Assembly (NCBI GenBank): GCA_964600225.1
Contig: CAZRIT010000006.1
Span: 4,132 to 65,169, forward strand
Source: an uncultured Oscillospiraceae bacterium
GTDB lineage: Bacteria; Bacillota; Clostridia; Christensenellales; CAG-138
Reading direction: 5' to 3'
DNA: 61,038 bases
Below the pieces are notes generated by a model that was not told where the DNA came from, made no database searches, and saw only the letters and a program-made list of their open reading frames with translations. Both the position numbers and the translations under genes were made by a program. Each line of letters begins with the position of its first letter. The first letter of the stretch is position 1. Shown here piece by piece: positions 59,061 through 61,038 of this stretch.

Positions 59061-59177
59061 GGCGGAAATCCTCCCATTCATATATGTACATTCCATTATA
59101 CAGAGAAACAAACCGCGGCGCAATCGTATGATTATGCCGCGGCGGAAACGGTTAGAACGTGTCTGTCGGGAAGGAGG

Positions 59178-59825
59178 CTACTTGACGGCAATCTGGCACA
59201 TGGTCATGGTGGTCAGCGCCGCATCGTGCGTTTCGGGCGTCACGCCCGCGCAGCACTTGCTATCCACCGACATGGGCATTTCATAGTAAGCGGCCTTTAA
59301 AAGCAGCGCATTGGAGGCCACGCAGATATCCGTGCAGAGGCCCACAAGCTCCACCTGCACGTTTTCCTCGCCGTAGGTTTTGGTATATTCGCCAATTTGA
59401 TCGACCAGCTTGTAGGAGCCGAACGTCGGCTTTTCGATGACGATGGCGTCGTCGGGCATGGCGGCCTTGACGGCAGCGTCCAGATCGTGTCCCGGCGTGC
59501 CCTTGATGCAGTGCTCAACGGGCAGGTTTTTGCCCTCCTGGGTATTGAGGTAGTTTTCATCGTGCGTATCGAGCGTGTAGATGATGGTATCGCCCGCGGC
59601 CTTGTATTCGTTGATCTTTTCAACCACAGCGGGCACGATGGCCACCGCTTCGGCGGTGCCGAGCGAGCCATCCACAAAGTCCTTTTGCATATCAATGACA
59701 ATCAGTACTTTTTTCACGGTTCCGGGTTCGACTGTGGCAGCGGCGGGTTCCTTTTGGGCACAGCCAAGCAGCGTAAGCAGCATTGTCAGGGCAACAAGCA
59801 GCGCAAGGAAACGTTTGGTTGTCAT
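59178..59825 (-). CDS. Isochorismatase-family cysteine hydrolase (nicotinamidase-like) with a lipoprotein signal peptide
   Basis: LLTLLGCAQ lipobox. VIDMQKDF (Asp), EKPTFGS (Lys) and GLCTDICV (Cys). Confidence 0.8.
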   Translation of the reverse strand: MTTKRFLALLVALTMLLTLLGCAQKEPAAATVEPGTVKKVLIVIDMQKDFVDGSLGTAEAVAIVPAVVEKINEYKAAGDTIIYTLDTHDENYLNTQEGKNLPVEHCIKGTPGHDLDAAVKAAMPDDAIVIEKPTFGSYKLVDQIGEYTKTYGEENVQVELVGLCTDICVASNALLLKAAYYEMPMSVDSKCCAGVTPETHDAALTTMTMCQIAVK

Positions 59826-59993
59826 AGTCTTTTCCTCCTGATTGAATTACATACCTTGGTATGCAATTTCATTGTATCCGACGCCGCGTGTGCGTGTCAA
59901 TCGAAACAACGCCCGTAAGGCCGCGGTATTTGCACAAATAAACAAAGCGGCGTGTAGCCCGGAGGCAGCGCGCCGCAAACAGGTCGGAAAATG

Positions 59994-60551
59994 TTATCTC
60001 ACGCGCGAACCCGCGCCGCCGCCGTTGATGATCTTTGCCGCGCGCAGGGTGCCCCATATGGTCAGCGCGCCGTCGATGATGAGCGCTACGCCCGCCACGA
60101 CGGTGGCAACCTGTATGGCGGAGAAGGGGTTAAACAGCAGCAGCGTGCCAATCAGCAGTACGCCGACAGCCGCAATCATTAGCGGCAGCCACTGTGAACC
60201 GCGCATACGGCGGATATCGAACGCCACCTGTATGCGCAGCACGCTGTCGATGATCACCGCAACGCCGATGATCATGCCCAGGATGCTGCTGACCACCTGC
60301 GCTTTGAATAACAGGAATATGCCAAGCAGCGCGCAGCCGACGCCGATGGCCACGCCGTAGCGCATCTCCTGCGCGCCGTCGTAGTGCAAAAAATACGCTG
60401 CAATGCGATAGATGCCGTACAAGAGCGCCGCTGCGCCCAGAATGTAACAGATAATGTTGCGGGATGCGGCGGGCCAGATCACCAGCACCAGCCCTGTAAC
60501 GATGCAGGCAACCGCAATGCCTACCATGGTGTTGCTGTAACGAGTGGACAT
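59994..60551 (-). CDS. HdeD/DUF308-like membrane protein
   Basis: The start MSTRYSN at 60551 is preceded by GGGGGTG. Six hydrophobic helices with repeated GxxxIxxG patterns. Confidence 0.7.
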   Translation of the reverse strand: MSTRYSNTMVGIAVACIVTGLVLVIWPAASRNIICYILGAAALLYGIYRIAAYFLHYDGAQEMRYGVAIGVGCALLGIFLLFKAQVVSSILGMIIGVAVIIDSVLRIQVAFDIRRMRGSQWLPLMIAAVGVLLIGTLLLFNPFSAIQVATVVAGVALIIDGALTIWGTLRAAKIINGGGAGSRVR

Positions 60552-60573
60552 GTAAACACCCCCTGTATGTTCA

Positions 60574-60602
60574 ATTATATCAACCTGTGGCGATACAGGC
60601 AA
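60574..60602 (-). promoter_or_regulatory. Predicted promoter of the HdeD-like gene (-35 TTGCCT, 17 nt, -10 TATAAT)
   Basis: Hexamers read on the minus strand. The track ORF start at 60602 falls inside the -35. Confidence 0.4.
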
Positions 60603-60723
60603 GGAGAATTGTATCCGTTCTCAATCTTTCCATACCGGTGACACACTCGTGTGCGATGGATCGGGCGTTGTTGCACGGCTTGTCCGCCGGATGGACGCCG
60701 TTTGAAACGAGGGCGAGGGGGCG

Positions 60724-60760
60724 GTTCCTTTTTTTGAAACGCAAGGAACGCAAAGAAACT
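60724..60760. repeat. Family 2-like hairpin GTTCCTT/AAGGAAC followed by GCAAAGAAAC
   Basis: 7 bp arms, with the flank motif shared with 28896 and 32755. Confidence 0.4.
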
Positions 60761-60803
60761 ATGATATGAGAAGTTCGTGTAAAAGAAGGCAGCGCTTTTT
60801 CGT

Positions 60804-60966
60804 GTCATTCTGAGCCGTAGGCGAAGAATCCCATATGTACACGAACCCTTCAAGATTCCTCGCTAACGCTCGGAATGACACGGACGATGCTGTCATTCCG
60901 AGGGCCGCATTTCTCCTGTCGTTCTGAGGGCTGAGGCCCGAAGAATCCGTCCCGCCGCAGCGGTAC
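60804..60966. repeat. Second cluster of repeat family 1 units
   Basis: Units at 60804..60830, 60854..60879 (inverted), 60892..60916 (partial) and 60918..60947. The extension CCGTCCCGCCGCAGCGG is homologous to 25120..25137. Confidence 0.7.
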
Positions 60967-61038
60967 AAGGCAGACGCAAAGCTCCTTGCCGCAACCCGAC
61001 AAGCCCCGCGGCGATTGAGCGGCCGGTTTAAGGGGTTA

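Overview
The window reads as the chromosomal replication-origin neighbourhood of a high-GC, spo0A-positive Firmicute (Clostridia-like; taxon is inference only). Almost all of it is core housekeeping. The minus strand carries leuS, parB-parA, dnaN and dnaA. To the right come an alpha/beta hydrolase, a DUF951-like gene, two signal peptidase I paralogs, the prmA-rsmE-mtaB-HIT operon, comEC-holA, uvrB-uvrA, htpG, an ABC exporter, ttcA-like, pyk, an RNA-modification block (methyltransferase, double RluA, tcdA), spo0A, thpR-addB-addA and uppP. The last 12 kb is more accessory-like: a GT4::serine-hydrolase fusion with wecE and a deacetylase, a two-membrane-protein plus M20 peptidase operon, HAD/DUF2804, a lipoprotein isochorismatase-like hydrolase and an HdeD-like protein.

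I found no rRNA, intact tRNA, CRISPR array, transposase or integrase, and no recognisable defence or toxin-antitoxin module.

The non-coding signals most worth a second look are:
- An oriC module in the dnaA-dnaN spacer: DnaA boxes, a (CAGTAG)x3 trio-like tract and an AT-rich stretch.
- Two parS sites, one abutting the predicted parA promoter.
- An AT-rich 400 bp island between dnaN and parA.
- A tight DnaA-box cluster about 30 kb from oriC, just downstream of spo0A.
- A perfect CIRCE operator on htpG.
- Two dispersed families of short palindromic intergenic repeats.

All function calls come from motif recognition by eye. No database search or computation was run. The many long alternate-frame ORFs in the track are high-GC artefacts.
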